DNA of 64,000 nt from an uncultured virus (IMG/VR IMGVR_UViG_3300028734_000019) (Duplodnaviria; Heunggongvirae; Uroviricota; Caudoviricetes): the IMG/VR virus record IMGVR_UViG_3300028734_000019, positions 1-64,000 of that record; one strand, written 5' to 3'. The notes beneath the pieces are model-generated. The model saw nothing but the letters and a program-made list of their open reading frames with translations. It ran no database searches and was not told the DNA's origin. The translations under genes were made by a program, and so were the position numbers. The number at the start of each line of letters is the position of its first letter. Within the stretch, counting starts at the first letter, position 1. Shown here piece by piece: positions 1-10,052 of this stretch.

Positions 1-32
1 TTTTTAACATTTCATCTATAATTTTAATGATA

Positions 33-545
33 TCAGTTTCTCTCATTTGTTATTATTATTTCATTTCTAAAAATAAAATTATCTCCACTATATTTATTAA
101 TATTATAATCTTTATATAATTTTCTTATGAATTGGTTATCCTCATATGATATAATAACTTTTCCTTTGAGCTTATCAATTTCATTTTTTAGTTCTATATG
201 AAAATTTTCATTATAATTCTCACAATTTTCATATAAAAATTCTTTTTTATAATATGGAGGGTCTAAATACCAAAAAATATTTTCAGTATTATACATACTG
301 AAAATTTCTTTATAATCTAAGTGATGAATTATATTAGCATCAATTTTTTTATCATAAGTATTTATGTCATTATAAATTGAAAAATTAGGTTTAATTTTTA
401 AATAATTAAAAACACAGTAGTTACCACCAAATGGCTCACAATACATATCAATTTCATTAGGTATGAAATTTATTATAAATGAGTCATATAACTCTTTCTT
501 TTTATATCCAAATATCATTTCTATTATTTTATTAATGATAACCAT
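33..545 (-). CDS. Short Dam-like (D12 class) DNA adenine methyltransferase
   Basis: Motif I-like YCEPFGG and catalytic YLDPPY. Only 170 aa, with very little sequence between the motifs. Confidence 0.7.
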   Translation of the reverse strand: MVIINKIIEMIFGYKKKELYDSFIINFIPNEIDMYCEPFGGNYCVFNYLKIKPNFSIYNDINTYDKKIDANIIHHLDYKEIFSMYNTENIFWYLDPPYYKKEFLYENCENYNENFHIELKNEIDKLKGKVIISYEDNQFIRKLYKDYNINKYSGDNFIFRNEIIITNERN

Positions 546-1246
546 TCATTGAAAAAATTTCTAAAATTTTGATCTCCTCCAAGCTCTCTTTTAAATATCT
601 CAAACACTTTACTATCTTTGTATAGTCTATGTTCAATACTTGGAACTTCTTCAATATTATTATTAGTTATTTTTATTTTTTTAAAGTTTAAAAATTTTTT
701 AAATCCAAATGGTTCATCTGATAATATACGATAATCTGTATTACCATTTAAAACTCCATTTAATTCACTATCAGATAGAATTTTCAAATATACAGAAGCA
801 TCTGCCAATGCTGCATATTCAATATTTTCTAAATTTTCTGGTAAAAATACAGAGAATTCTATTTCTGCTTCATCATTAACGAATCCTCTATTTTCAAATT
901 CCTCGTCTATCTTCTTTTGTTCATTTTCAGGTAAATCATCATATTCGTATCCATTATCATCTAGAAAATCTTCCCATGACTGTTTTTTTCCAACTTCAAC
1001 TCTATTTTCAATAAAATTTGTTTCATCTGACAGTAACAGATGCTGTTTTTTCATCCAATCAAATACATTTACATTAATATCAAATCCGTAATTATTAAAC
1101 AACTCTAAAACTTTAGAACCTAATTTTAAATCTAATTCTTTATTGCCTATTTTAATTTTTGGCTGTAGTATATTATTAACACTCCATTTATCAATTTTTG
1201 AGAATGGTACTGTTTTTATTTCTTCGTTAAATCTTTTTATTTCCAT
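524..1246 (-). CDS. Hypothetical protein with capsid-targeting-like N-terminus
   Basis: 240 aa ORF starting MEIKRFNEE, the same N-terminal pattern as 2748, 3083 and 3514. Confidence 0.55.
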   Translation of the reverse strand: MEIKRFNEEIKTVPFSKIDKWSVNNILQPKIKIGNKELDLKLGSKVLELFNNYGFDINVNVFDWMKKQHLLLSDETNFIENRVEVGKKQSWEDFLDDNGYEYDDLPENEQKKIDEEFENRGFVNDEAEIEFSVFLPENLENIEYAALADASVYLKILSDSELNGVLNGNTDYRILSDEPFGFKKFLNFKKIKITNNNIEEVPSIEHRLYKDSKVFEIFKRELGGDQNFRNFFNEWLSLIK

Positions 1247-1330
1247 AATTTCCTTGTTTTTTGTGAAAGTATATATTAATTTTTTGATGAATTTTTTTTT
1301 ATATATACTTGAAAATATAATATAATATTA

Positions 1331-2746
1331 ATGAAAATCTACTCTAATGAATATATTACAGATTTTAACAAATTAAAAAATTCTGTTATAGGGTTTGAAT
1401 TTGAATTTTATACCGATAAATCATATTTTAAATTAATTGAATTATTAAATAATACTCTTGCTCCTATTCAGGTACATGGTTATAGAAAATATCACTCAAC
1501 TTTTACTCCAGATGAAAATAATTTTAAAATTGAACCAGATTTATCAGGTGGTGCTGATCTTGTAGAATTAATTACTGGACCAATACCTTATGTAAATTCT
1601 AAAATAATTTTATTGAAAATTTTAAAAGTTCTTGATAAATATGCTAGAACTGATGAAAAATGCTCTATTCACATCAATATATCTTTTGATGATATAGGTA
1701 ATGGTAAAGTATTAGATAATTTAAATAAGTTAAAATTAATTTTATCTGTAGATGAAGAACGAATATACAACTTTTTTCCTGAAAGAAAAAATAATATCTA
1801 TGCAAAAAGTGTTAAAACATTAATTCCATTCAAAGGTTTTGATTTTTCTACTAATGCAGTAGATATATTACAGAATAATGTACAAATAGGAAATACTAAA
1901 TATTATGGAATAAATTTTATACCAGCAGAAAATATTGAAGCATCTGGACAAAGATTAGAGTGGAGATATATTGGAGGAGATAATTATAATCAGAAATCAT
2001 CTGAGATATTATCATTAATGGATTATTTTATAGCAATTACTTGGAATTGTTGTGATGCTAAATTGGATGATAATGATTTAAAAAAATTACAAAAATATTT
2101 ATTTGAAAATATTAATATATTCAAAACATTTTCAAATTATAATGATTTTATTGCAGAATTTCCAACAATTGATATTCAAGTAGATAAATTGAATGATTAT
2201 AGTATAGTGAAAGCTTATTATGATACTATTTATACTAAGATATTTGACATGGTTAGAAATATTTATAATCTTAAAGATTGTATTATAAATTTAGATACTG
2301 AAGTTAATAGAATTGAATTGGTTGATGCAACTTTTAAAACAATATTTGATTTATATGATTTAGATTTTATTGAATGCTCTATGAATAATGGTAGATATAC
2401 AAGCTGTAATTTTATCTCATCAGAATTAGTTAATGGTACTATTCATGGCGGAGAAATTTCTGATACTGATATATTGAATTCTAAAATTGAAAGTGCTACG
2501 ATTGATTTAGATTCAGAAGTTAGTGATTGTTATTTATATCAATGTATGATTAACTGTAGAGTAAAAGGAAATTCTGTTATAAGAATGTGTAAGCTTGGAC
2601 CAAATGCAATTATAGATGATTCTGTTAAGATTGCAACTGATACTAACAATTATTTTCACACTACACCAACTGGAGAAGATATTAAAAAAGGACCAGAAGA
2701 TTTGAAAGATATGAAAATACCATTCACAAAAGGAAAAAAATGGTAA
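1331..2746 (+). CDS. Putative amidoligase (COOH-NH2 ligase family) with C-terminal beta-helix-like repeats
   Basis: GFEFEF, VELIT, CSIHINIS, KYYGIN and LEWR motifs in amidoligase order. The C-terminus has short I/C/S-periodic repeats. Confidence 0.7.
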   Translation: MKIYSNEYITDFNKLKNSVIGFEFEFYTDKSYFKLIELLNNTLAPIQVHGYRKYHSTFTPDENNFKIEPDLSGGADLVELITGPIPYVNSKIILLKILKVLDKYARTDEKCSIHINISFDDIGNGKVLDNLNKLKLILSVDEERIYNFFPERKNNIYAKSVKTLIPFKGFDFSTNAVDILQNNVQIGNTKYYGINFIPAENIEASGQRLEWRYIGGDNYNQKSSEILSLMDYFIAITWNCCDAKLDDNDLKKLQKYLFENINIFKTFSNYNDFIAEFPTIDIQVDKLNDYSIVKAYYDTIYTKIFDMVRNIYNLKDCIINLDTEVNRIELVDATFKTIFDLYDLDFIECSMNNGRYTSCNFISSELVNGTIHGGEISDTDILNSKIESATIDLDSEVSDCYLYQCMINCRVKGNSVIRMCKLGPNAIIDDSVKIATDTNNYFHTTPTGEDIKKGPEDLKDMKIPFTKGKKW

Positions 2747-2747
2747 T

Positions 2748-3080
2748 ATGAAAATAGAAAAATTTAATGAAAATAATAGAGAAGATTATGACAATTTTGT
2801 AAATAAAGTTAAATCTTTGTTTTTAGAATTATGGGACGATAAATTAGGAATTTCAAGTTTTAAAATAGATACTAATGTCAGATTTAATCTATCTTTTAAT
2901 ATTAGTATGTCTATTACGAGTGATAATTTTGTAGAATATAATGAACTGTGTAATGTTTTAAACGATTCTGATTCAAGATTTCAATTAATTTCTGGCGTTA
3001 TGTATGCAAGCATAACAGATTTTAATAAACTTATTGATAATATTAAACTATTGCTAAATTCAAGAAAATTTAATGTATAA
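2748..3080 (+). CDS. Putative virion-internal protein (MKIEKFNE ... SRKFNV)
   Basis: N- and C-terminal motifs shared with neighbouring ORFs. Confidence 0.5.
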   Translation: MKIEKFNENNREDYDNFVNKVKSLFLELWDDKLGISSFKIDTNVRFNLSFNISMSITSDNFVEYNELCNVLNDSDSRFQLISGVMYASITDFNKLIDNIKLLLNSRKFNV

Positions 3081-3082
3081 TA

Positions 3083-3514
3083 ATGAAAATAGATAAATTC
3101 AATGAAGGTTTTTTTAGTAAAAAAGATAAAATTTCATTGAAAAAAATAGGAGATTCTAAAGTTATAGATGATAGGATAAAGAAATGTGAAGAATATATAT
3201 CTTTATTAAAAAAAACATTTTTTAGTGATTTAAAATGCTTCATTAAATACGAATATTTTGAAGAATATGACAATTTATTATTAATAATTAATGTTTCAGA
3301 TAAGATAAGTAATTTTTCCAGTGATAAATTAAGGTTATCTAATAATTATAATAATTTTAAACTATTTTTGACTTACATAGAAGACCGTTGTGATTTCGTG
3401 ATATATCCTGGGAGTAATTCATCAACAAAAATTTCTTTGACATTTCATAACAATGTTGAAATATGTTTAGATGATTTATACACAAAAATAGATTCAAAAA
3501 AATTCAACATATAA
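3083..3514 (+). CDS. Putative virion-internal protein (MKIDKFNE ... SKKFNI)
   Basis: Shared N- and C-terminal motifs. Confidence 0.5.
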   Translation: MKIDKFNEGFFSKKDKISLKKIGDSKVIDDRIKKCEEYISLLKKTFFSDLKCFIKYEYFEEYDNLLLIINVSDKISNFSSDKLRLSNNYNNFKLFLTYIEDRCDFVIYPGSNSSTKISLTFHNNVEICLDDLYTKIDSKKFNI

Positions 3515-3852
3515 TGGAAATAGATAGATTTCAAAGTGAAGGTAAAAATTTAGCTGATGAAGCTAAAGAATTATTTTTAGATTTATGGGATGATTCGTTA
3601 AAATTGTATCAAATGACATGCTATTCTTATATAGATACATCTGATAATATTTTTTATGAAATAAACACTAAAACTCGTGTAGCCATTACAAAAGAATCTT
3701 ATATTGATTATAAAGATATGTTTGATCTTATTCTAAGATGCGGAGAAAATTTTAAATATGAAAAGGATACATTACTGGTAAATTTTGATGATATTAAACC
3801 TTTTATAAAGGAAATGAAAATATTAAAAAACTCAAAAAAATATAATTTATAA
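3514..3852 (+). CDS. Putative virion-internal protein (MEIDRFQSE ... SKKYNL), paralogue of 2748
   Basis: KELFLDLWDD matches KSLFLELWDD in 2748; shared termini. Confidence 0.5.
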   Translation: MEIDRFQSEGKNLADEAKELFLDLWDDSLKLYQMTCYSYIDTSDNIFYEINTKTRVAITKESYIDYKDMFDLILRCGENFKYEKDTLLVNFDDIKPFIKEMKILKNSKKYNL

Positions 3853-4277
3853 TGATTACAAGCTTTGATACTAAATCAACAGATCATAATTTTTATTTTC
3901 CATCTGTTGCAGGGCCAGAAGGTAAAATTCCTTTTGCTGGAACTAATTATGGGGAGGAACCAAGGATAAAGAACTTCAAGCAATATTTTGGAGAATATCG
4001 AAAAGGATCTGATAAATTTGGCAAATTAGTTGAAAGAATAATGGAATTTTTAAGATTACCAGAATTTAAAGATCGTCTTAGTGAGAACGATGGACTAAAA
4101 TTTTTAATTTATGACTTTGAATCAAGATCACATATTAAAGTAGAAAAAATTAAACAATTATTAAGTAATGATACAAACCTTTATAGCTTTGATATTAAGA
4201 TAGATGATAAATTCATAACATTTTCTAATATAAACAAAACTAGAAAAGGTAGATATGTATCAGGTAGAAAAGATTAA
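3852..4277 (+). CDS. Hypothetical protein
   Basis: 141 aa ORF translationally coupled to the upstream gene (TAATG). Confidence 0.6.
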   Translation: MITSFDTKSTDHNFYFPSVAGPEGKIPFAGTNYGEEPRIKNFKQYFGEYRKGSDKFGKLVERIMEFLRLPEFKDRLSENDGLKFLIYDFESRSHIKVEKIKQLLSNDTNLYSFDIKIDDKFITFSNINKTRKGRYVSGRKD

Positions 4278-4282
4278 ATCAT

Positions 4283-4753
4283 ATGATAAAAAATTATAGT
4301 GACTATTCTCAAAAATTAAAAACTAATAATTTAGCAAAATCTATATGTGATACATTTACATCTGATACTAATTTTAAAGATTTTGATTGTTTAATATATA
4401 AGGATATACCAACAATATCAAAAAAAGATTATTCTTGTAATATAGAATTCTTTACTAAAGATGAAAAACAGTTAATATATAATTTAGATATTAGTTTTTG
4501 TTTAGATTCTGATAATTATTATATAATATGGATTCGTGATTCTTGGGTAGATTTAGAATATAAATATTTGAAAGTTTTTATGATTTTCATTCAATTCTTA
4601 ATATATTCATTTCATATAATTTCTGGTGGTAGTAAATCATATTTTTCATTTCAAGGTAAATCAGATGATGTTAATGATTTGGACGAAATAATAACTAATA
4701 TTAACCCTGAAAGATATGAAATTTTTAAACAATCAAAAAAATTTAATGTATAA
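4283..4753 (+). CDS. Hypothetical protein ending SKKFNV
   Basis: 156 aa; shared C-terminal motif. Confidence 0.55.
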   Translation: MIKNYSDYSQKLKTNNLAKSICDTFTSDTNFKDFDCLIYKDIPTISKKDYSCNIEFFTKDEKQLIYNLDISFCLDSDNYYIIWIRDSWVDLEYKYLKVFMIFIQFLIYSFHIISGGSKSYFSFQGKSDDVNDLDEIITNINPERYEIFKQSKKFNV

Positions 4754-4770
4754 CTTTTTAATAAATATTT

Positions 4771-6078
4771 ATGAATAAAAATTTAACTTTTGTGATATTA
4801 TTATCAATTGCTGCATTATCACTAGCAGGTACTGCAGCATATTTTTCGATATTTGGATTGACAAAATTATTTGCATCTGCAGGATTAGGTATAACTATAT
4901 TAGCAGCAGCTTTAGAATTTTCTAAGTTAGTCACAGTATCTTACGTTTATCGTTATTGGAAAAATATAAAGCCAATACTAAGAGCATTCTATGTTTTTGC
5001 TGTTGTGTTTATTATGTTTTTGACATCAGTAGGTATATATGGATTTTTGACTGGTGCTTATCAGCAATCTGCCAATAAATTAGAAAGTAGAGATTCTCAA
5101 ATAAAAATAGTTGAAAGTAAAAAATCACTATTTAAAGTTCAGTTAGATATGATAAATAAATCTATTGAGAGTTCAAATAATAGAATTAATACATTATCTG
5201 GATTGAGAACACAGCAAGAAAAACGTTTAGATGATTTATATACTAAAAAAAATAATAGTATCGCAAAAAGTGCAGAAAGTCATATAACAGGATCAGATAA
5301 TCAGATAAATATGATTAATTCTGATATCACCTTAAAAATGAAGCAAGCAAGTGTATATAATGACTCTATTTCATATTACGAGCAGAAGATTATTAATCTT
5401 AAGTCATCTGATGCAACAAATGAAATAGGTCCTTATAAATTTGTCGCAAAATTAACAGGAATACCTATTGATAATTTAGTTAATATAGTAGCATTACTTA
5501 TTATATGCGTGTTTGATCCATTGGCGATTACTTTATTAATAGGTATTAATCAATTAACAGAAAAAAAGGAGGACGATGAAGTTGAAGAAGATGAAGAAGT
5601 TGAAGAAGTTGAAAAAGAAAAATATAATAAAATAGTTATAGATGTTATAAACTATATTATTAATAATCCTAAATCTTTTGATATAAATACCAATATTGTA
5701 GAACCTATTGTAGAACCTATTGTAGAACCTATTGTAGAACCTATTGTAGAACCTATTGTAGAACCTATTGTAGAACCTATTGTAGAACCTATTGTAGAAC
5801 CTATTGTAGAACCTATTGTAGAACCTATTGATTATATGGATGAAATATACAATGAAATACGTGAGGAATGGTATAATGAAGAATTAGAATATCATTTTGA
5901 TAAATTGAATAATACTGAATTGGATGAAGAACCATTGGTAGAGGAATTAGAAGAATTTATGACTTTGTTTGATAATAATAATAACAACGATGATGATCTT
6001 ATAACAGTAATAAAAAGAGATGATTCTATAACTGAGTATTACTACGAAAATAATAAAAAGAAAAAACCACTCAATTGA
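4771..6078 (+). CDS. Multi-pass membrane protein with coiled coil and acidic, IVEP-repeat tail
   Basis: Three N-terminal hydrophobic segments, a coiled coil, a fourth TM segment, then an acidic tail. Confidence 0.7.
   Translation: MNKNLTFVILLSIAALSLAGTAAYFSIFGLTKLFASAGLGITILAAALEFSKLVTVSYVYRYWKNIKPILRAFYVFAVVFIMFLTSVGIYGFLTGAYQQSANKLESRDSQIKIVESKKSLFKVQLDMINKSIESSNNRINTLSGLRTQQEKRLDDLYTKKNNSIAKSAESHITGSDNQINMINSDITLKMKQASVYNDSISYYEQKIINLKSSDATNEIGPYKFVAKLTGIPIDNLVNIVALLIICVFDPLAITLLIGINQLTEKKEDDEVEEDEEVEEVEKEKYNKIVIDVINYIINNPKSFDINTNIVEPIVEPIVEPIVEPIVEPIVEPIVEPIVEPIVEPIVEPIVEPIDYMDEIYNEIREEWYNEELEYHFDKLNNTELDEEPLVEELEEFMTLFDNNNNNDDDLITVIKRDDSITEYYYENNKKKKPLN
5695..5830 (+). repeat. Perfect 12-bp tandem repeat (ATTGTAGAACCT)x11 encoding IVEP
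   Basis: Read directly from the sequence; no variation between units. Confidence 0.95.
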
Positions 6079-6092
6079 GTGGTTTATTTTTT
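6060..6092. terminator. Bidirectional intrinsic terminator
   Basis: AAACCACTCAATTGAGTGGTTT palindrome with A/T tails between convergent genes. Confidence 0.75.
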
Positions 6093-6844
6093 TATCTATC
6101 CATAATGAACCAGCCTGTGTTTGTTTCTGATCTAACTTTTTCTACTATAGCATCCATTTTTTCTTTACCTTGAGTAATCATATCAGCAGCGTTATATTGA
6201 AAACTTCCAGGCATATTGAAATTGAATCTTCCAACTGCTTGACCCATTCTCATTTGACATAATCCAATAAGATATTGCTTGAAATATACATTATCAAAAA
6301 GTTCTTCTTCTTCAATTCTTGCATATATCTCTAACATCATATCAGTATCAATCATAGTTAATAAATTTAGATGCTTATTTATGTGATTAAAATTAAATCT
6401 TAATGTATTAGTGGTCATTTTATTTATTTGATCTGCAAATGCACTAATAACTGATCTATATACTCCTAATTCACCTGCTGTTGTTACAAAACTTGTTAAA
6501 AATGGTTGATTAGTTACACCAAGATTTATTGATAATTGCGGAGCTTGTATACCAAGTCTAAACATATTAGGATTATCTATCTTTACAATTCTAACCAAAT
6601 CTTCAACTTCTGGAGGTAAAACAATCGTTTTATTTCTATGATATTCATCCGTGTATATGAAATCTTTTTTTAGATAATAAAACATTTTTATTTTAGAGAA
6701 TTGATAGTTTTTATAGAACCAATCTAATGCTTCTTCTCTAACTAAACGAATTATTTCCATGTCAGGTAAAATTTTATCAAAAAGTCCTGATATTGTCAAA
6801 TCACCTTGAACTATATCGACTAATTGATCAATTGTCATTGCCAT
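6092..6844 (-). CDS. T4 gp13-like neck (head-tail adaptor) protein
   Basis: C-terminal KQYLIGLCQMRMGQAVGRFNFNMPGSFQYNAADMITQGKE resembles the gp13 family C-terminus; 250 aa. Confidence 0.65.
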   Translation of the reverse strand: MAMTIDQLVDIVQGDLTISGLFDKILPDMEIIRLVREEALDWFYKNYQFSKIKMFYYLKKDFIYTDEYHRNKTIVLPPEVEDLVRIVKIDNPNMFRLGIQAPQLSINLGVTNQPFLTSFVTTAGELGVYRSVISAFADQINKMTTNTLRFNFNHINKHLNLLTMIDTDMMLEIYARIEEEELFDNVYFKQYLIGLCQMRMGQAVGRFNFNMPGSFQYNAADMITQGKEKMDAIVEKVRSETNTGWFIMDR

Positions 6845-7078
6845 AATTATATATTATTATTTTTTATTATATATAAATTTTAAACTTTAATAAATTAAAA
6901 GTAAATTCATATTCTTATTTCATTATTATATTTTTTGATAACATATAGTATTTATGTGTAGATATTTATCATTATATATATTTCAATAATGATTGCTACA
7001 TGTGCTAATTCCCTGAGTTTTTTGATATTCACAAATTTATATATAAAAAATAAGTTAATAAATTATATATATAAATCT

Positions 7079-7720
7079 ATGAAGATATTTAAATTTGAAA
7101 ATTTTGCTATAAATGAAAATATATCACTAATTAATCATGACGGAATATTATTAATCGTTGATGTTCAGTCTAATTTTAAGAAATATTTTCCTACTGATCC
7201 TAATGGTTTCATTAAAAAAATTGACAAATATTGTTTGGATTTTCCATCAGATGAAACAGGAAAAGGAGTGTATCAAATATGGGATTCAAATCAAGGTTCT
7301 AAGCCTACTTATAAATTTAAAAATGAGATAGATTTGATAGAAAAAAAATATGGAGTTAAAAAATTTTATTCTAAATATAAAGGAGGGTTTAAAGAATGGA
7401 TAACACATATTTTTGATAAAAAAACACTTGAAGAATTCAAATCAAGAAATAATGTATTTAAGAAAGGAGATGCATTTAGATTAAAGGAACAAAATGAATT
7501 CTTAATATATATAGGAAATAATCATCAATGGTTTTATGTCAATGATGAATTGGTAGAACTATTTAAAAAATTAAGAAATAAAAAGGTTATAATATGTGGA
7601 GGAGCAGAAGATGAATGCTTAGACGATGTATATATAGCATTAAAGTCGTTTAATGTTAATGTAATTAAAAATCATCAATATATCTATAGTGCTGAAACAG
7701 GTAACTATTTGAAGAAATAA
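7079..7720 (+). CDS. Cysteine hydrolase / isochorismatase-like protein
   Basis: LLIVDVQ and ICGGAEDECL motifs. Start moved to ATG 7079 (MKIFKFENFAINE), just after a TATATA motif. Confidence 0.65.
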   Translation: MKIFKFENFAINENISLINHDGILLIVDVQSNFKKYFPTDPNGFIKKIDKYCLDFPSDETGKGVYQIWDSNQGSKPTYKFKNEIDLIEKKYGVKKFYSKYKGGFKEWITHIFDKKTLEEFKSRNNVFKKGDAFRLKEQNEFLIYIGNNHQWFYVNDELVELFKKLRNKKVIICGGAEDECLDDVYIALKSFNVNVIKNHQYIYSAETGNYLKK

Positions 7721-7737
7721 AAAACAAATAAATTAAA

Positions 7738-8442
7738 ATGTTAAATTCAATACTAGCAGTAAATATCGTCAATATATTTCAAGATTATGGTTTTATAATT
7801 ACAGTTTTTTTAATAATAATACTAATTGCATATATGTTGATAAATAGTTCAGCAAAAAGAATAAAAGAACAAGAAGATAAGATTGATTCATTATATAATA
7901 GATTGGATAATATGATGAAAAAAATGCCAAATGATGACCATTCAGATTTACCAGCAAAATTCATGAATTTTGCTGAAAATGCGAATAAAATACAAATACA
8001 AATGTACCATTTGTTGCAAATATTTGATAGTGAGAGAATATCAATTTTTGAATTTCATAATGGAGGTAAAAATTTAGCAGGAATAGAATTTAAAAAATGT
8101 AGTAATACATACGAAGCAGTATCATTAGAAACTAAACCAATGATAAAAGAGATGCAAAATATGCCATTGAGTATAAATCCTCTTTGGAATCGAATATTAG
8201 CAACAAGAGAAGAAATTTTTATTCCATTAGTATCTAATTTGAAAGACCAATTTTTAAAAGATTATTTAACATCATTAGGAATAAAAACTTACTATTCAAC
8301 AATTTTAGAAGATTATGATAATACTCCAATTGGATTAATAACAATGGAATATTATAATCACACAAAAGAATTGACAACTGAACAATTTTCTGAATTTGCT
8401 GAAACAGCCATAAAAATAGCGGTGTTAATAAATAAAAAATAA
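7738..8442 (+). CDS. Membrane-anchored GAF-like domain protein (possible T4 gpT-type holin)
   Basis: N-terminal TM, short coiled coil, then a GAF-like pattern (RISIFEFHNGG ... PIGLITMEY). Confidence 0.5.
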   Translation: MLNSILAVNIVNIFQDYGFIITVFLIIILIAYMLINSSAKRIKEQEDKIDSLYNRLDNMMKKMPNDDHSDLPAKFMNFAENANKIQIQMYHLLQIFDSERISIFEFHNGGKNLAGIEFKKCSNTYEAVSLETKPMIKEMQNMPLSINPLWNRILATREEIFIPLVSNLKDQFLKDYLTSLGIKTYYSTILEDYDNTPIGLITMEYYNHTKELTTEQFSEFAETAIKIAVLINKK

Positions 8443-8453
8443 TTCATAAGAGT

Positions 8454-9101
8454 ATGAATGAAATAGTTATCTGTGTATTTATTACTTTAGTTATTGTTGT
8501 ATTTATTATTATTAGAAAAAATCATAATGCTAACAAAAAAAAATATAGTTCAATAATCGAAATTTTATCAAAAAATATTGAAAAATTATCAAATCATGAA
8601 GATTTGAATTATATGAAAATATTAAAAGAAACTAGTGATATGTTTTCTAATGGCAAAGATTATAACGGTAATGAGTCATCATACAATTCACAATTTAATT
8701 ATATGAGTTTTTTTAAATATAATTATAAAAACGATTATATATCATTAGATTTATTGTTTACAATTAATAATTCTGGTGTAGTTATTGATAATTTTTTATT
8801 AGATGATTTAACCGTTACTGCCAATATAATATCATCATCTATTTTAAAAAGTGATGACAATTTAAATTATATATTTATTGATGATATTAAATCAATTAAA
8901 TATAACAAATCTATATATAGTATTATAAAAGAAAGAGATATATATAAAATATACTTAAAAAAGAATTATGAAGATTTAGAATATGCTGAATCAGATTGCT
9001 TAGGCTTTTTTTATGCTACATATTCAGATGATTATATCATATCAGATAATGAGGAAGAAGTGCTATCAGATGTTGTTTCACAAGTAGTAGAATTGATTTA
9101 A
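8454..9101 (+). CDS. Membrane-anchored protein, possible divergent paralogue of 7738
   Basis: N-terminal TM and similar C-terminal layout (LGFFYATY ... EEEVLSD). Confidence 0.4.
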   Translation: MNEIVICVFITLVIVVFIIIRKNHNANKKKYSSIIEILSKNIEKLSNHEDLNYMKILKETSDMFSNGKDYNGNESSYNSQFNYMSFFKYNYKNDYISLDLLFTINNSGVVIDNFLLDDLTVTANIISSSILKSDDNLNYIFIDDIKSIKYNKSIYSIIKERDIYKIYLKKNYEDLEYAESDCLGFFYATYSDDYIISDNEEEVLSDVVSQVVELI

Positions 9102-9176
9102 ATATTAAAATATATTAAATATTTATAATCCTTGATAATATATGTATCAAGGATTTTTTATTAGTCTAAAATGTTG

Positions 9177-9184
9177 TATCTTTG
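9177..9184 (+). promoter_or_regulatory. Bacteroidota-type sigma-A -7 element (TATCTTTG)
   Basis: TAnnTTTG 22 nt before ATG 9207, directly after a terminator hairpin at about 9128-9159. Confidence 0.65.
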
Positions 9185-9206
9185 TACTATAATTAAAAAC
9201 AAAGAT

Positions 9207-9710
9207 ATGAAAAAAGAAACTCTTTATCAGTTTGAAAATGTCGAAGACATTAAAAATTTCATAGTTGGAGGTAATGCAATTTTAACATTAGAAAGCAAAG
9301 TGACTGGTAATTGGTTTACTTATAAAGTCAGAAAAATGAAAGATGATGATGAAAAATCACCATTATTTGTATATGTACTTACAGGAAGCGATAATGAAGG
9401 CGCATATACTTATATGGGTGCTATTTTTAATTATATTACATTGAGGTTTAAATTAACTCAAAAATCTAAAATTGGTACAGATGCATTATCTTACAAAGCA
9501 TTCACATTTTTCTTTAACTTACTGATGATGAATAAAACTCATAAAGATATGGTAATATATCACAAAGGAATTTGTGGAAGGTGCGGTCGGACGCTCACCA
9601 CACCAGATAGTTTATTAAGAGGTTTAGGACCAGAGTGTTACTCTTTGACTAATAAAGTTTATGAAGTTGGTAATAAAAAATTAAATAGAAAGATTATCAA
9701 GTATGCATGA
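9207..9710 (+). CDS. DUF6011-like zinc-binding protein
   Basis: CGRCGRTLTTPDSLLRGLGPEC motif. Start reassigned to 9207. Confidence 0.65.
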   Translation: MKKETLYQFENVEDIKNFIVGGNAILTLESKVTGNWFTYKVRKMKDDDEKSPLFVYVLTGSDNEGAYTYMGAIFNYITLRFKLTQKSKIGTDALSYKAFTFFFNLLMMNKTHKDMVIYHKGICGRCGRTLTTPDSLLRGLGPECYSLTNKVYEVGNKKLNRKIIKYA

Positions 9711-9842
9711 TTTGATATAGTAACCTTTAAATTTTTTGTTTTTATCGCAAAAAATAAAAATATGGCATTGGACTAAAATGTTATTAATTAAAAATAAACT
9801 AATAGTCTTTTTTCTTATATTATAAGAAAAAGACTATTTTTT

Positions 9843-10052
9843 ATGTGGAAATTCCTTATTATATCACTTTTTTTCAACGTAATATTATTTTCTACTTATA
9901 AAACATTTGGATTTGAAGTGACAATTATATTTGCGTTAGCTATTATATGTTCAAGCCTTATTAATCCAACAATTTTAAATAAAAAGAAAAAAATAATTCA
10001 AAGACCACCCCAACAATTTTATTCTGCTAATAAAAAACAAGTTAGACGTTAA
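9843..10052 (+). CDS. Small two-TM membrane protein
   Basis: Two hydrophobic segments and a basic tail. Confidence 0.5.
   Translation: MWKFLIISLFFNVILFSTYKTFGFEVTIIFALAIICSSLINPTILNKKKKIIQRPPQQFYSANKKQVRR

Noticed and set aside
5695..5830. CRISPR array
   Set aside because: Contiguous 12-bp units with no spacers, in frame within a CDS.
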